Shown: piece by piece, positions 16,519-26,696 of the stretch
How the letters are laid out: every line of letters starts with the position of its first letter
How positions within the stretch are numbered: the first letter of the stretch is position 1
Assembly: GCA_944372215.1 (NCBI GenBank)
Contig: CALVYL010000002.1
Coordinates: 1-51,038, forward strand
Length of the DNA: 51,038 nt
Direction: 5' to 3'
DNA from: an uncultured Bacilli bacterium
GTDB lineage: Bacteria > Bacillota_I > Bacilli_A > RF39 > UBA660
The notes under the pieces: model-generated
What the model was told of the DNA's origin: nothing
The model's input: the letters and a program-made list of their open reading frames with translations, nothing else
The model's database searches: none
Program-made: the position numbers and the translations under genes

Positions 16519-18495
16519 TTAATAGTTATCAGCCAAAAATGCTGTTATTTCTTTAGTAATTTTACTCGCTCCATAATACATAGTATCATTTGTTCCATTA
16601 TTATGGGATATATTGGGAGTTATTACCACAACGCTATATTTAGGATCTTCATTAGGAAAATATCCGGCGAAAGTTGAGGTAATTGTTGCTACATCAACAA
16701 TTCCATCATTATTAGAATCATAAAATGACTCACTAGTTCCAGTTTTTCCAGCCGCTAGTAAATCGTCACGAACATAAATTTTTCCAGTACCTTCTTTTAA
16801 AACTAAAGTTAGGCCTTCACGAATTCTATTTAAATATTCTTCATCCACTGCCACATCATTTAGTATTTCTATTTCATTTTTTTTAACTACCTCATCATTA
16901 TTTCTTATTTCCCTCATCAATGATAAAGATATTCTTGAACCGCTAGCCATACTATTAATATATTGTAAAACCTCAATTGGCGTATAAGTATCATATTGCC
17001 CTATTGCCAAATTAAGCAAAAGATCATCAGCAATTGTGGAACCTATAATACCTGTAGTTTCTCCAGGTAAATCAATATTAGTTATTGCTCCCAAACCAAA
17101 ACTAGCAAGCATATCCCGATAAATTTTAAAATGTTCTGCAGTAGCATTTAATTGCATATTCGGCGTATAAGTATTACCAGTAAGGGCAATAGCAATTAAG
17201 AATTGATAATAATTTGAAGAATTAGCTAAGGCTGTTAAATCGTTAATTCGGCCTAAATCTTTAAAACTGCATTTTTGGGGTGTTAAATACAATTTAACAC
17301 AAGAATCTTTAATATATTTACCCATTTCAATCAAGCCATTTTGATAACCAACTGCAATAGTTGCTCCCTTAACAGCAGAACCAATAGTAAAAGATTTATT
17401 AATTGTATTAAGAGAAATATCACTCCATGTATTATCACTATTAAGCCTTTGTCCCGCTATAGCAATAATTTGGCCTGTTAAAGGATCACTTACTAAAGCA
17501 TAAGAATCTTTATAATAATCGGTATTAGGATACTTTTTGCCTAACAAAATTTTATCTCTAATAATTTCTTCTACTTTTTGTTGAATATCTATATCAATAG
17601 ATAGCACTAAATCATTACCTCTTTTTTCCTCTGTAACTAAGGTTAAAGTATTATCGCTATTTACTAAATATTTAGCCTTAGTTCCTTTTAAATACTCTTC
17701 ATACTCCTTTTCTAAATAACTTACCCCTACTATATCTGTTAGCTCATAACCATTGTTTAAATATTCTTCACTATCTTCTTTAGGAATACTCCCAATAGAA
17801 CCTAAAATATTCCTTAAGGTATCTCCATATAAATAAATTCGTTCCCAAGATAATTCTCCCGTTATACCGGGAATATTACTTTCAATAACTTTAGCATATT
17901 CCTCTTCACTAACATTTTTTAAAATTTCTTTTTTACTATAAACATATCCCGTATTCATCAAACTATATATTTTAGCAGCTTTTTTAAATAACTCATCTTC
18001 GGCATTCAACATTACCTCGGTAATTCTTGCTAATTTTAAATCATATATCTCATCACTAGTTATTTTTCGCATTTCTAAAAGTTCATATTCTTCATCAGTT
18101 ATTAACTCTCTACCATTATTATTTTTAGCTAACCACAACTCTTTTTGTTCTTCCTCGCTCCCCTCAGCTACACTTAAAATACCCGCCAATTTATAGGAGA
18201 TATCAATTTCATCTAAAGTACTAATTCCTTTAACTTTATTATAATAAATTGTTTTAACCCCTACATTATCAACTAATACTTTACCATTAGTATCAAGTAT
18301 TCTCCCTCTCGGGGCACTATCACCATTTACATAAACTACCGTTTTATTATTAAGAGCTAAAGTAAAATATTCTTTATCAGACCAAATAAAAATTAATCTT
18401 GTTAAAAAAATGCCAAAAACAGCTATAACTAATAAAAATAAATATATATTCTTTTTCATATTTATAGTATTTCTTTTTTTAGTTTTTTCATACAA
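16519..18495 (-). CDS. Class B penicillin-binding protein (PBP2/SpoVD-like transpeptidase)
   Basis: N-terminal TM, SxxK (SAVK), SxN (SSN) and KTG(T/S) (KTGTS) motifs. 658 aa. Confidence 0.85.
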   Translation of the reverse strand: MYEKTKKRNTINMKKNIYLFLLVIAVFGIFLTRLIFIWSDKEYFTLALNNKTVVYVNGDSAPRGRILDTNGKVLVDNVGVKTIYYNKVKGISTLDEIDISYKLAGILSVAEGSEEEQKELWLAKNNNGRELITDEEYELLEMRKITSDEIYDLKLARITEVMLNAEDELFKKAAKIYSLMNTGYVYSKKEILKNVSEEEYAKVIESNIPGITGELSWERIYLYGDTLRNILGSIGSIPKEDSEEYLNNGYELTDIVGVSYLEKEYEEYLKGTKAKYLVNSDNTLTLVTEEKRGNDLVLSIDIDIQQKVEEIIRDKILLGKKYPNTDYYKDSYALVSDPLTGQIIAIAGQRLNSDNTWSDISLNTINKSFTIGSAVKGATIAVGYQNGLIEMGKYIKDSCVKLYLTPQKCSFKDLGRINDLTALANSSNYYQFLIAIALTGNTYTPNMQLNATAEHFKIYRDMLASFGLGAITNIDLPGETTGIIGSTIADDLLLNLAIGQYDTYTPIEVLQYINSMASGSRISLSLMREIRNNDEVVKKNEIEILNDVAVDEEYLNRIREGLTLVLKEGTGKIYVRDDLLAAGKTGTSESFYDSNNDGIVDVATITSTFAGYFPNEDPKYSVVVITPNISHNNGTNDTMYYGASKITKEITAFLADNY

Positions 18496-18512
18496 TATAA
18501 TAGGTGTTAATT

Positions 18513-18773
18513 ATGTATAATTTAATTGAAAGATATATGGCTATTATGACTAAAGATGATGTCAACAATTTTGCCATTAAAAAAGGCATCAATTTAAGTG
18601 ATGCCGAACTAACCTTTACTTATAACTTTTTAAAAAAGAACTGGAAAGATTACTTGAGAAATCCTAATGTTTTTGATATAAATCGTTATCAAAATAATTT
18701 TAGTTCTGAAAACTTTAGCAAGATTAAAAAGGTTTTTGAAGAATATTATCAAAAATTTGGTTCATTTTTATAA
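18513..18773 (+). CDS. DUF2624 (YqfT-like) small protein
   Basis: Pattern ...MTKDDVNNFAIKKGINLSDAELTFTYNFLKK... resembles B. subtilis YqfT, which also neighbours nfo. ATG at 18513 with TAGGTG SD. Convergent 25-nt overlap with the nfo 3' end. Confidence 0.55.
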   Translation: MYNLIERYMAIMTKDDVNNFAIKKGINLSDAELTFTYNFLKKNWKDYLRNPNVFDINRYQNNFSSENFSKIKKVFEEYYQKFGSFL

Positions 18774-19645
18774 AAATTTTGAACATCTTCCTCTAAATTA
18801 GGATTAAATTTCTTATTCTTAATCATGTCTATTTCCAATTTATAAGGTGGATATTCACCAATATATGGTGTTTCTAATATTTTAGGAACATCTTTTAATT
18901 TTGGATTATAGATAACATTTATTAAATTATCAAAACCAATTGTGCCCAGTCCAATATTAGCATGACGATCTTTATGGGAACCAATAACATTTTTACTATC
19001 ATTAACATGCACACACTTTATTTTATTAAGACCAATTTCCTTAGCAAATTCTACTAAATAATCATCAAATTTAGCAATATCTACTCCCGAATCATTTAAA
19101 TGACAAGTATCCAAACAAATACCAACTTTATCTTTTAAATTAATTTTACTCAATATTTCTTTTAATTCATAAATATTTATTCCACATTCACTACCCTTAC
19201 CAGCCATAGTTTCAAGCAGTAGCATTGGTTTAGTTTCAACATCAATAATATAATTTATAGCATCAGCTATATTTTCTAAAGCCATCATTCTATCAAGTTT
19301 TAATGCATTGCCAGGATGCACTACAATATAACCAACTCCCATTTCAGTTATTCTTCTAATTTCATTTTTTAAAAAACTAATAGAAAAATTCCAAGATTCT
19401 ATTTTTTCTTTATTAGCTAAGTTAATAATATATGGTGCATGACATATAACATTATTAATATCAATATTATTTTCTTTCATATAATTATGAGCTTTACTAG
19501 TTATATCACTTTTAATTTCTACTCGTATTGTATTTTGAGGAGCACCTGTATAAAACATAAAAGTATTTGCTCCATAACTTACTGCTATTTTAGCAGCACC
19601 TAATAATTGGTCTTTACCAAAAGAAACATGAGATCCTATAATCAT
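18749..19645 (-). CDS. nfo: Deoxyribonuclease (endonuclease) IV
   Basis: 298 aa TIM-barrel AP endonuclease pattern (IGSHVS..., HAPYIINLA, VVHPG, CLDTCH, HVNDS). Confidence 0.9.
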   Translation of the reverse strand: MIIGSHVSFGKDQLLGAAKIAVSYGANTFMFYTGAPQNTIRVEIKSDITSKAHNYMKENNIDINNVICHAPYIINLANKEKIESWNFSISFLKNEIRRITEMGVGYIVVHPGNALKLDRMMALENIADAINYIIDVETKPMLLLETMAGKGSECGINIYELKEILSKINLKDKVGICLDTCHLNDSGVDIAKFDDYLVEFAKEIGLNKIKCVHVNDSKNVIGSHKDRHANIGLGTIGFDNLINVIYNPKLKDVPKILETPYIGEYPPYKLEIDMIKNKKFNPNLEEDVQNFYKNEPNF

Positions 19646-19669
19646 TTAAAACCACCAACAATATTATAC

Positions 19670-19702
19670 AAAAAAAATAGCTTTAATTAAAGCTATTTTT
19701 TT
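19670..19702 (-). terminator. Rho-independent terminator after the pilin gene
   Basis: ATAGCTTTA/TAAAGCTAT stem (19677-19696) with flanking A-run and T-run. Confidence 0.7.
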
Positions 19703-19712
19703 ATTATTTCTT

Positions 19713-20279
19713 CTATTGCCATGAAGAATCACTTACTGTATTAGGACAACTAGCACTTTTATCCCAAGTAGTAACATTATAATCATGAACATCATCTAAA
19801 TCTACATCTTCATTTATATAACTGTCTTCACCTTCTTCACCTTCTTCACCTTCTGGTTTTGTCGCACCAGCAGCCATTATCATATATTCCTTATTTTTTT
19901 GCAACCAAACTTTGTAATAATATAGTGTTCCTTTTTTATAAACTTCAACTCTACCATCATATGTACCTTTTTCTAATTCTGAGAAACCTTGATCAATTAA
20001 TTTTTCTATCGGTACACATTTCCATCCACCATCATCTACTGGTAAAGTATCACCAATATCGTTACCCATTAATTTGCCAGTTGTAAAATAAGTTTGAGCA
20101 GCTTGAATTGCTCCATTAGCTTCAATGGCAAAAACACTACGTTGTGCTCTATCCATTTGAGGTAATACTGCTTGAACAGCAATTAAGATAATAATTGCTA
20201 AAACAACTATAACTGCCAATAATTCGATTAATGTAAAACCTCTAAAACTATTTAATTCCCTATTCATTTTTTTATTCAT
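19713..20279 (-). CDS. Type IV prepilin / pseudopilin-like protein (N-terminal methylation motif)
   Basis: Start at ATG 20279 (GAGGTG SD 9 nt upstream). Leader MNKKMNRELNSFRG followed by FTLIELLAVIVVLAIIILIAV (G|FTLIE with Glu5). Two Cys in the C-terminal part. Acidic tail PEGEEGEEGED. Confidence 0.8.
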   Translation of the reverse strand: MNKKMNRELNSFRGFTLIELLAVIVVLAIIILIAVQAVLPQMDRAQRSVFAIEANGAIQAAQTYFTTGKLMGNDIGDTLPVDDGGWKCVPIEKLIDQGFSELEKGTYDGRVEVYKKGTLYYYKVWLQKNKEYMIMAAGATKPEGEEGEEGEDSYINEDVDLDDVHDYNVTTWDKSASCPNTVSDSSWQ

Positions 20280-20304
20280 TTTTATAAGCACCTCTCTATT
20301 TTTA

Positions 20305-20333
20305 ATAATACTATAATTTTGGTTAATAGTCAA
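20305..20333 (-). promoter_or_regulatory. Sigma-A promoter of the pilin gene
   Basis: Minus strand TTGACT (20328-20333), 17-nt spacer, TATTAT (20305-20310). Confidence 0.55.
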
Positions 20334-20339
20334 TAACTT

Positions 20340-20561
20340 TTATTTTAAAACATCTAAAACTGAACTAATTAAATCCATATTTTCCATTACATTATTAATT
20401 TTATCAGTTGCTCTTTCTTTATACTTAATTTTCATATCTTCGACAAATTTTTTATAACTTATTGCACCTCTATTTAATTCTTTAAAATAATAAGAGTTTT
20501 CTTTTAATTGCCTATAACTTTTAGGATTTTCCCGAAATGGTATTTGCAGATATACTTGCAT
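20340..20561 (-). CDS. YlbE-like small protein
   Basis: 73 aa. Pattern NPKSYRQLKENSYYFKELNR...KYKERATDKINNVMENMDLIS loosely parallels B. subtilis YlbE. Adjacent to the ylbD-like gene as in Bacillus, with a TAATG stop/start overlap. Confidence 0.45.
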   Translation of the reverse strand: MQVYLQIPFRENPKSYRQLKENSYYFKELNRGAISYKKFVEDMKIKYKERATDKINNVMENMDLISSVLDVLK

Positions 20562-20920
20562 TAATCCTCAAAAAATTTATTTAAAGGCCTGGGAGCAACA
20601 GGTCCTTTATTTAGGTTGCTTACGGGATTTTGTGGCGTTTTTTTGGTTAAATCTTGGACAAAGTCAATCGCTTTTTGCGCGGTATTGATATGACTTTTAA
20701 TAGAATCCACATTTACATTTTTAACCATATCGGTAATCTTCGAAATACTATCTACCGCTGCTCGATCATTATTTAAAATATATTTGTTCCAAACGCTTTC
20801 ATCTTCCCCATAAATATCATATAACTCATAAAATTTTTGCCATGTCATTTCCCCACTTTGAACATATTTAATCAATTCTGGTTTAGTTTTAATAAAATTT
20901 TTAAATGCTTCATGTTTCAT
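20561..20920 (-). CDS. YlbD-like protein (putative spore coat-associated)
   Basis: AFKNFIKTKPELIKYVQSGEMTWQKFYELYDIYGEDESVW closely parallels the B. subtilis YlbD N-terminus as I recall it. Start at ATG 20920 (GTGGGTGA SD), because the track's GTG at 20932 lies in the SD. Confidence 0.6.
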   Translation of the reverse strand: MKHEAFKNFIKTKPELIKYVQSGEMTWQKFYELYDIYGEDESVWNKYILNNDRAAVDSISKITDMVKNVNVDSIKSHINTAQKAIDFVQDLTKKTPQNPVSNLNKGPVAPRPLNKFFED

Positions 20921-20967
20921 ATAAAAAATCACCCACTAAATTTTATGAATTTAGTGAGTAATTTATC

Positions 20968-23448
20968 CTAAATTTTAAAATCTTCGACAAAATCTGAAAA
21001 TGACATTTGTCCTTGTTCTCTTTTAGGTTCTTCTTTTTTCTCTTCTTTAGTTATTAAATTTACATCAACAGGTTTTAAAGCCCATAAATCAACTGTTTTC
21101 TTTGTTAATACACTACCAGTACTAGTAATATCCATTATTGGAATTTCACTATTTTTTATTTCTTTGATATCGGTATCAACTTTACACAAATTGACATCTT
21201 TACTATTGGTTAAATAAGCATAATCTATTTTATAATCCTTGGTTTTAGCCTTTTTAAATAACATATTGCCTTTTTTAGCTCTAGTAATTAAACTAAGATC
21301 ATTTAATTTAATTCTCTTACCCGTTGCTAAATTAGTAAATACATTTATATATTCATCTTCTTCTTTAATAGATGCTCCATATATCACATAATCATCTTTT
21401 AGATTAATACCTTTAACTCCACTAGCTTTTACTCCCACAAGTGGTATTTCGCTAGTTTTAAACCGCAGATAATAACCATTATGTGTAACAAGTAAAGTAT
21501 CTTCTTTAGCAGTTGTTACATTAACTAGTTCATCATCATTTTTTAATTTAATAGCCATCATTGGCTTAGAATATCTAGTAACCTCAAAATCTTTTAATAC
21601 TACTTGTTTAGTTAACCCATTTTTAGTAAACATTACAACATTTTTCCGTTTATCTTTTAAAATCATACTAGCAACTATTTTTTCTTCTTCTTTAATTACA
21701 ACGGTATTACTAATATGTTTACCTAAATCTTTCCATTTACATTCCGCTATTTTATGAATAGGAATATATAAATAATTACCTAAATTTGTAAATAACAACA
21801 AGGTATCTTGAGTTGTTACAAAGAATTTGCCACGGACAAAATCCCCAGGTTTAAGAGCTGTTTCTTCATCTGATGAATTATAACTTTTAAAGCTTACCCT
21901 TTTAACATAGCCATCATTGGTTACTATCACTACCACTTTTTCATTTGGTATCATTTCTTTTAAATCAACTTTTATTTCTGTTATTACATCTCTTATTTCG
22001 GTTTTTCTTGGAACCGCATAGTTCTTTTTAACATCTCTAAGTTCATTTTTCATTACATTTTTTAATTTCGATTCATCATTTAATATCTCTTCACATTCCC
22101 GAATTAATTTTTCTAATTTTTCACTTTCTTCTTCTAATGTAACAATATCGGTATTAGTTAAACGATATAATTGTAAAGTAACAATTGCTTCTGCTTGTTC
22201 CATGGTAAAACCGAAGGACGCCACCAGATTTTCTTTCGCGTTAGCTTTATTTTTACTGGCTCTAATTACTTTAATAACCTCATCTAATATTGATATTGCT
22301 TTAATTAAACCTTGAATTATATGGTAATTCTTTTGGTAAAATGCTAAATCAAATTCTGTTCTTTTGGTTATAACCTCTCTTAAATGGGCAATATAAGCAT
22401 CAAGTATTTCAATAATTCCCAAAGTTCTAGGAGTTCTATTTACAATAGCAACCATATTATAACTATAAGAAATTTGTAAATCGGTATTTTTAAGTAAATA
22501 ATTTAAAATTAAGTTCTTATTAGCACCATTTTTTAAATCAATTACAATTCTTAAACCTTCTCTATCGGTTTCATCACGAACCTCTGCAATGCCTTCGACC
22601 TTTTTATCAATTCTAATACTTTCCATCTTAGTTACTAAATTTTGTTTATTAACATCAAAAGGTATTTCCGAGATAACTATTTGTTCTTTACCTTTTTCTT
22701 TTTTAAATTCATATTTACTTTGAACAATTACTTTACCCCGACCTGTTTTAAAGGCATCAATTATTCCCTGGCGACCTTGAGCAATACCGCCGGTTGGAAA
22801 ATCAGGCCCTTTAACAATATCTAATATTGTTTCTAAATGACAATTTGGTGAATCAATTCGTTTTATAGTAGCATCAATTATTTCCCCCAGATTGTGTGGT
22901 GGAATATTGGTGGCATAGCCTGCGGAAATACCATTAGTTCCATTAACTAATAAATTAGGAAATTTCGCCGGCAATACAGTAGGTTCCAGTAATCTATCAT
23001 CAAAATTTGGAGCCCAAGAAACTGTATTTTTATCTAAATCTTTTAATAATTCCCCACTAATGCGAGCAAGTCTTGCTTCGGTATAACGATAAGCTGCTGG
23101 CGGATCACCATCCATTGAACCGTTATTACCATGAATATCAACCAAAATATGATTTTGTTTCCACCATTGGCTCATTCTAACCATTGCATCATATACTGAT
23201 GAGTCGCCATGAGGATGATACTTACCTAAAACATCACCAACAGTTGTTGCACATTTAAGATACCCTTTATCCCATGTATTACCGGCTTTAAACATCGCAT
23301 ATAAAATTCTTCTTTGCACCGGTTTTAACCCATCTCTTACATCAGGAATAGCCCGGTCTTGAATTATTTCCTTAGCATATTTAGCAAACCGATCCCCCAT
23401 TATTTCTTCTAAAGAATAATCTTCAATTTTCTTAATTATATTTTCCAT
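20968..23448 (-). CDS. parC: DNA topoisomerase IV subunit A
   Basis: RDGLKPVQRRILYAM, HPHGDSSVYDAMVRMSQWWK (ParC-type rather than GyrA-type residues). 826 aa, immediately downstream of parE. Confidence 0.85.
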   Translation of the reverse strand: MENIIKKIEDYSLEEIMGDRFAKYAKEIIQDRAIPDVRDGLKPVQRRILYAMFKAGNTWDKGYLKCATTVGDVLGKYHPHGDSSVYDAMVRMSQWWKQNHILVDIHGNNGSMDGDPPAAYRYTEARLARISGELLKDLDKNTVSWAPNFDDRLLEPTVLPAKFPNLLVNGTNGISAGYATNIPPHNLGEIIDATIKRIDSPNCHLETILDIVKGPDFPTGGIAQGRQGIIDAFKTGRGKVIVQSKYEFKKEKGKEQIVISEIPFDVNKQNLVTKMESIRIDKKVEGIAEVRDETDREGLRIVIDLKNGANKNLILNYLLKNTDLQISYSYNMVAIVNRTPRTLGIIEILDAYIAHLREVITKRTEFDLAFYQKNYHIIQGLIKAISILDEVIKVIRASKNKANAKENLVASFGFTMEQAEAIVTLQLYRLTNTDIVTLEEESEKLEKLIRECEEILNDESKLKNVMKNELRDVKKNYAVPRKTEIRDVITEIKVDLKEMIPNEKVVVIVTNDGYVKRVSFKSYNSSDEETALKPGDFVRGKFFVTTQDTLLLFTNLGNYLYIPIHKIAECKWKDLGKHISNTVVIKEEEKIVASMILKDKRKNVVMFTKNGLTKQVVLKDFEVTRYSKPMMAIKLKNDDELVNVTTAKEDTLLVTHNGYYLRFKTSEIPLVGVKASGVKGINLKDDYVIYGASIKEEDEYINVFTNLATGKRIKLNDLSLITRAKKGNMLFKKAKTKDYKIDYAYLTNSKDVNLCKVDTDIKEIKNSEIPIMDITSTGSVLTKKTVDLWALKPVDVNLITKEEKKEEPKREQGQMSFSDFVEDFKI

Positions 23449-23451
23449 TTA

Positions 23452-25356
23452 TTACACCGCCCTGTAATTATCTTCCATTGTAAATACCACATTTTCATTA
23501 ATCCATTCCTTGCGGGGTTCAACTTTATCTCCCATTAACACATTTACTCTTTTTTCCGCTAAAGCGGCATCATTAATATTAACCCGTATTAAACTCCGCG
23601 TATCAGGATTCATCGTTGTATCCCAAAGTTGATCAGGATTCATTTCTCCTAACCCCTTATATCTTTGAATAGAATATTTACCACTATTTTCTCTTTTAAT
23701 ACTTTCTAATTCTTCATCAGAATAAACATAATATTTTTTCTTACCATAATCAAGTTTATATAGCGGTGGCATAGCAATATAAAGTTTACCAGCTTCAATT
23801 AAAGGCCGCATATAACGATAAAAGAATGTTAAAAGCAATATTTGAATATGGGCGCCATCGACATCGGCATCAGTCATAATTATTACTTTATCATAATTGG
23901 AATCTTCTACATCAAAATCAGCACCAACACCGGCTCCAATAGTATAAATTAAAGTATTTATTTCTTCATTTTTCATCAGTTCATCAATATTAGATTTTTC
24001 ACTATTTATAACCTTTCCGCGGAGAGGTAATATTGCTTGAAATTTTCTATCTCTCCCCCCTTTAGCAGAACCACCAGCTGAATCACCTTCGACAATAAAT
24101 AGTTCATTAATTTTGGCATTTTTACTACCCGCTGGAGCTAATTTGCTAGATAAATTTCGTTCTTGTTTCTTTGATTTACCATTTCGAGCTTCTTCTCGGG
24201 CTTTTCTAGCCGCTTCTCTAGCAACTTTGCTTTTCATAGCTTTATCCAATATTGATAATGCTACCTCTTTATTTTCTTCCAAATAAAACTTTATAGCTTC
24301 ATAAGTTATGCTTTCAGTAACACTTCTAGCCTCAGGTGTTCCTAATTTTCCTTTAGTTTGTCCTTCAAATTGCAATAATTCTTCAGGTATTCTTAAACTT
24401 ATAACTGCTGATAATCCCTCCCGGACATCTGTTCCATCTAAAGTACCATCCTTGGCTTTAAAAATATTATTATTTTTGGCATAATCATTAAAAGCTTTAG
24501 TAATACCGGTTTTAAAACCGACCTCATGAGATCCCCCATCAACTGTTTTAACATTATTAACAAATGATAATATGTTTTCATTATATGTATCTGTATATTG
24601 TAAGGCCACATCTACAGAAATTTTACTTTTAGTATTACTAAAAGTAAGAACTTTATGTAAAGTATTCTTTCCTTCATTCATATATTCAACAAAACTGATA
24701 AGTCCATTATCATAATGGAATTTAGCTTGTTTTTTATCTTCTTCATCAATTACCTCAACTGTCAGACCACTAAGTAAAAAAGCACTTTCTTGCATTCTTT
24801 CCACAATTGTTGTATAAGAAAAATTACAATTTTTAAATATCTCTGGATCTGGCAAAAATTTAACAATAGTTCCCGTTTTATTAGTTTTACCCACCGTCTT
24901 AAGGGGAGTTTTAACATGTCCCCCATTCTCAAATTCGATCATTGAAATCAAACCATCTCGATAAATTACTACTTGCATCGATTTAGATAAAGCATTTACT
25001 ACACTAGCTCCAACGCCATGAAGACCACCGCTGACCTTATAACCATCTTCTGAAAATTTACCCCCAGCATGTAAAATTGTATAAATAACCTCTGGAGTTG
25101 GTTTACCTGATTCATGCATACCAATTGGGACACCTCGCCCATTATCTGCAACTGTAATACTTTTATCTTTATTAATAATTACTTTAATGTAATTACCATA
25201 ACCATTTATTACCTCATCTATGGAATTATCCACTATTTCCCATACCAAATGATGCATACCTCTTTTATCGGTTGAGCCGATATACATCCCTGGTCTTTTA
25301 CGAACCGCTTCTAATCCTTCCAAAATTTTTATCGATGACTCATCATATTTTGCCAT
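23452..25356 (-). CDS. parE: DNA topoisomerase IV subunit B
   Basis: ILEGLEAVRKRPGMYIGST, GHKL ATPase and TOPRIM (EGDSAGG) motifs. 634 aa, paired with parC. Confidence 0.85.
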   Translation of the reverse strand: MAKYDESSIKILEGLEAVRKRPGMYIGSTDKRGMHHLVWEIVDNSIDEVINGYGNYIKVIINKDKSITVADNGRGVPIGMHESGKPTPEVIYTILHAGGKFSEDGYKVSGGLHGVGASVVNALSKSMQVVIYRDGLISMIEFENGGHVKTPLKTVGKTNKTGTIVKFLPDPEIFKNCNFSYTTIVERMQESAFLLSGLTVEVIDEEDKKQAKFHYDNGLISFVEYMNEGKNTLHKVLTFSNTKSKISVDVALQYTDTYNENILSFVNNVKTVDGGSHEVGFKTGITKAFNDYAKNNNIFKAKDGTLDGTDVREGLSAVISLRIPEELLQFEGQTKGKLGTPEARSVTESITYEAIKFYLEENKEVALSILDKAMKSKVAREAARKAREEARNGKSKKQERNLSSKLAPAGSKNAKINELFIVEGDSAGGSAKGGRDRKFQAILPLRGKVINSEKSNIDELMKNEEINTLIYTIGAGVGADFDVEDSNYDKVIIMTDADVDGAHIQILLLTFFYRYMRPLIEAGKLYIAMPPLYKLDYGKKKYYVYSDEELESIKRENSGKYSIQRYKGLGEMNPDQLWDTTMNPDTRSLIRVNINDAALAEKRVNVLMGDKVEPRKEWINENVVFTMEDNYRAV

Positions 25357-25374
25357 TTTTATTCACCCTAAACC

Positions 25375-25404
25375 ATTATATCAAGAAAAACCCGAGAAAA
25401 TCAA
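25375..25404 (-). promoter_or_regulatory. Sigma-A promoter (extended -10) for parE-parC
   Basis: Minus strand TTGATT (25399-25404), 18-nt spacer ending in TGa, TATAAT (25375-25380). Confidence 0.45.
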
Positions 25405-25436
25405 GGTTTTATAGCATGAGACCTCATAAATTAGTA

Positions 25437-25463
25437 AAGAAAAAAACAACCATAAGGTTGTTT
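25437..25463 (-). terminator. Rho-independent terminator after 25462..26319
   Basis: AAACAACC-ATAA-GGTTGTTT hairpin (25444-25463) followed on the minus strand by a T9 run. Confidence 0.7.
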
Positions 25464-26319
25464 AACGGTTTATATTATAAGTTTCTCCAGTTATATTATC
25501 TAAATTAACACTTTCTTTCTTTTCTTCTTTTTTAAGTGTAGGCAATTCTAACTCTTCTTCATCTTCAATTGTAAATAAACTTACTTTTTTATTTTCAGAC
25601 TTTATTTCCGTTTTTTCTTCTTGTTTAATATCTTCTTTCTTTTCTTCATTGTTATTTACAAACACTGAACTAAATATTTGCGGTCCTGGTTTAAATTTCT
25701 TTTCTTCTCTTTTTTCTTCTTTTATAACTGGCTTTTCAACAATTTCTTTTTTCCTATCTAATCTTGATGGTATTGTATCTTCTTCAACCAACAAAGGTTT
25801 TTCTTCTTTTTCTACATCTAAACTTTTAAATTCTTGTTTTAACTTAGCCAATTCCGACAATTCCTTGCCGATATCTTCTTCATCATTACCAAACAAATCT
25901 TGTTCATCCGTCATAAATAAAGGCTTTTCTTCTTGTTTAGTTGCTTCTGGTTCAAAAGTTGTAACATCGACATTTTGAGGTTCAGCAATTGGTTTTATAT
26001 CTTCCTTTTCTTCCTTAACTAAAGGAATTGTCCTCGTTTCATCAAAAATAGATTTAACAGGTTTTTCTTCAGTTTCTTCTTTAACATTTTCTTTTACATC
26101 TGCCTCTTCTTGATTAAGCTCAACTTTAACTGGTTCAGTTTTTTCTTCCTTAAATGCATCCATTTCAATCTTTTGTAGTTTTTTAGTTTCTTCTAATTTT
26201 TGATCTTTTTTACCAAAGAAAAATACAACTACAAATAAAATTATTAATATTACTAAAGCAATTGTCAAATATAAAACAAAATTATCATTTTGATATAAAT
26301 CGTATATAAAATCCATCAC
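25462..26319 (-). CDS. N-terminally anchored Glu/Lys-rich low-complexity protein
   Basis: One TM (FVLYLTIALVILIILFVVVFFFG) followed by ~250 aa rich in E/K/P with EEKP- and KEEK-like repeats. Confidence 0.6.
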   Translation of the reverse strand: MMDFIYDLYQNDNFVLYLTIALVILIILFVVVFFFGKKDQKLEETKKLQKIEMDAFKEEKTEPVKVELNQEEADVKENVKEETEEKPVKSIFDETRTIPLVKEEKEDIKPIAEPQNVDVTTFEPEATKQEEKPLFMTDEQDLFGNDEEDIGKELSELAKLKQEFKSLDVEKEEKPLLVEEDTIPSRLDRKKEIVEKPVIKEEKREEKKFKPGPQIFSSVFVNNNEEKKEDIKQEEKTEIKSENKKVSLFTIEDEEELELPTLKKEEKKESVNLDNITGETYNINR

Positions 26320-26404
26320 TTTCTACACCTCTTTTTATCTTTATATTTTAATATTACCAAAATATACCCAAAAAGTAAATAATTTTATGAATTATTTTAC
26401 ATTT

Positions 26405-26443
26405 TTTAGAAAAAAATAAATAAGTTTTTCTTTAAACTTATTT
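26405..26443 (-). terminator. Rho-independent terminator after yneF
   Basis: AAATAAGTTT/AAACTTATTT 10-bp stem (26418-26443) overlapping the stop codon, followed by a T-run on the minus strand. Confidence 0.6.
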
Positions 26444-26656
26444 ATATCTATTCATTTGTTGCATTACTTGTTTAACTTGCTTTTGACTTGGTTTTCTACC
26501 CATACTACTCATCATTGCTTCAATCATTTTTTCATTAATCGGTGGATTTTTATCTATTTGTCTTTTCAAAAAATAACGAGCTAGAAAAAAGCCAATTACT
26601 AAACCTACAACAAGACCAATTACTAAATACAATATTAATTGTCCCATATTATTCAC
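26438..26656 (-). CDS. yneF: UPF0154 family membrane protein YneF
   Basis: 72 aa. N-terminal TM followed by ...[32 protein letters not shown], characteristic of YneF. Confidence 0.8.
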   Translation of the reverse strand: MNNMGQLILYLVIGLVVGLVIGFFLARYFLKRQIDKNPPINEKMIEAMMSSMGRKPSQKQVKQVMQQMNRYK

Positions 26657-26696
26657 CTCACCTTAATTTTACTATAAATTTCCCATTTTAACAACC

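Noticed and set aside
25649-25978. 109-aa plus-strand ORF antisense to the Glu/Lys-rich gene
   Set aside because: This is an artefact of GAA/AAA-rich coding sequence, because the antisense TTC/TTT codons contain no stops. The product is a Ser/Phe/Leu low-complexity string.
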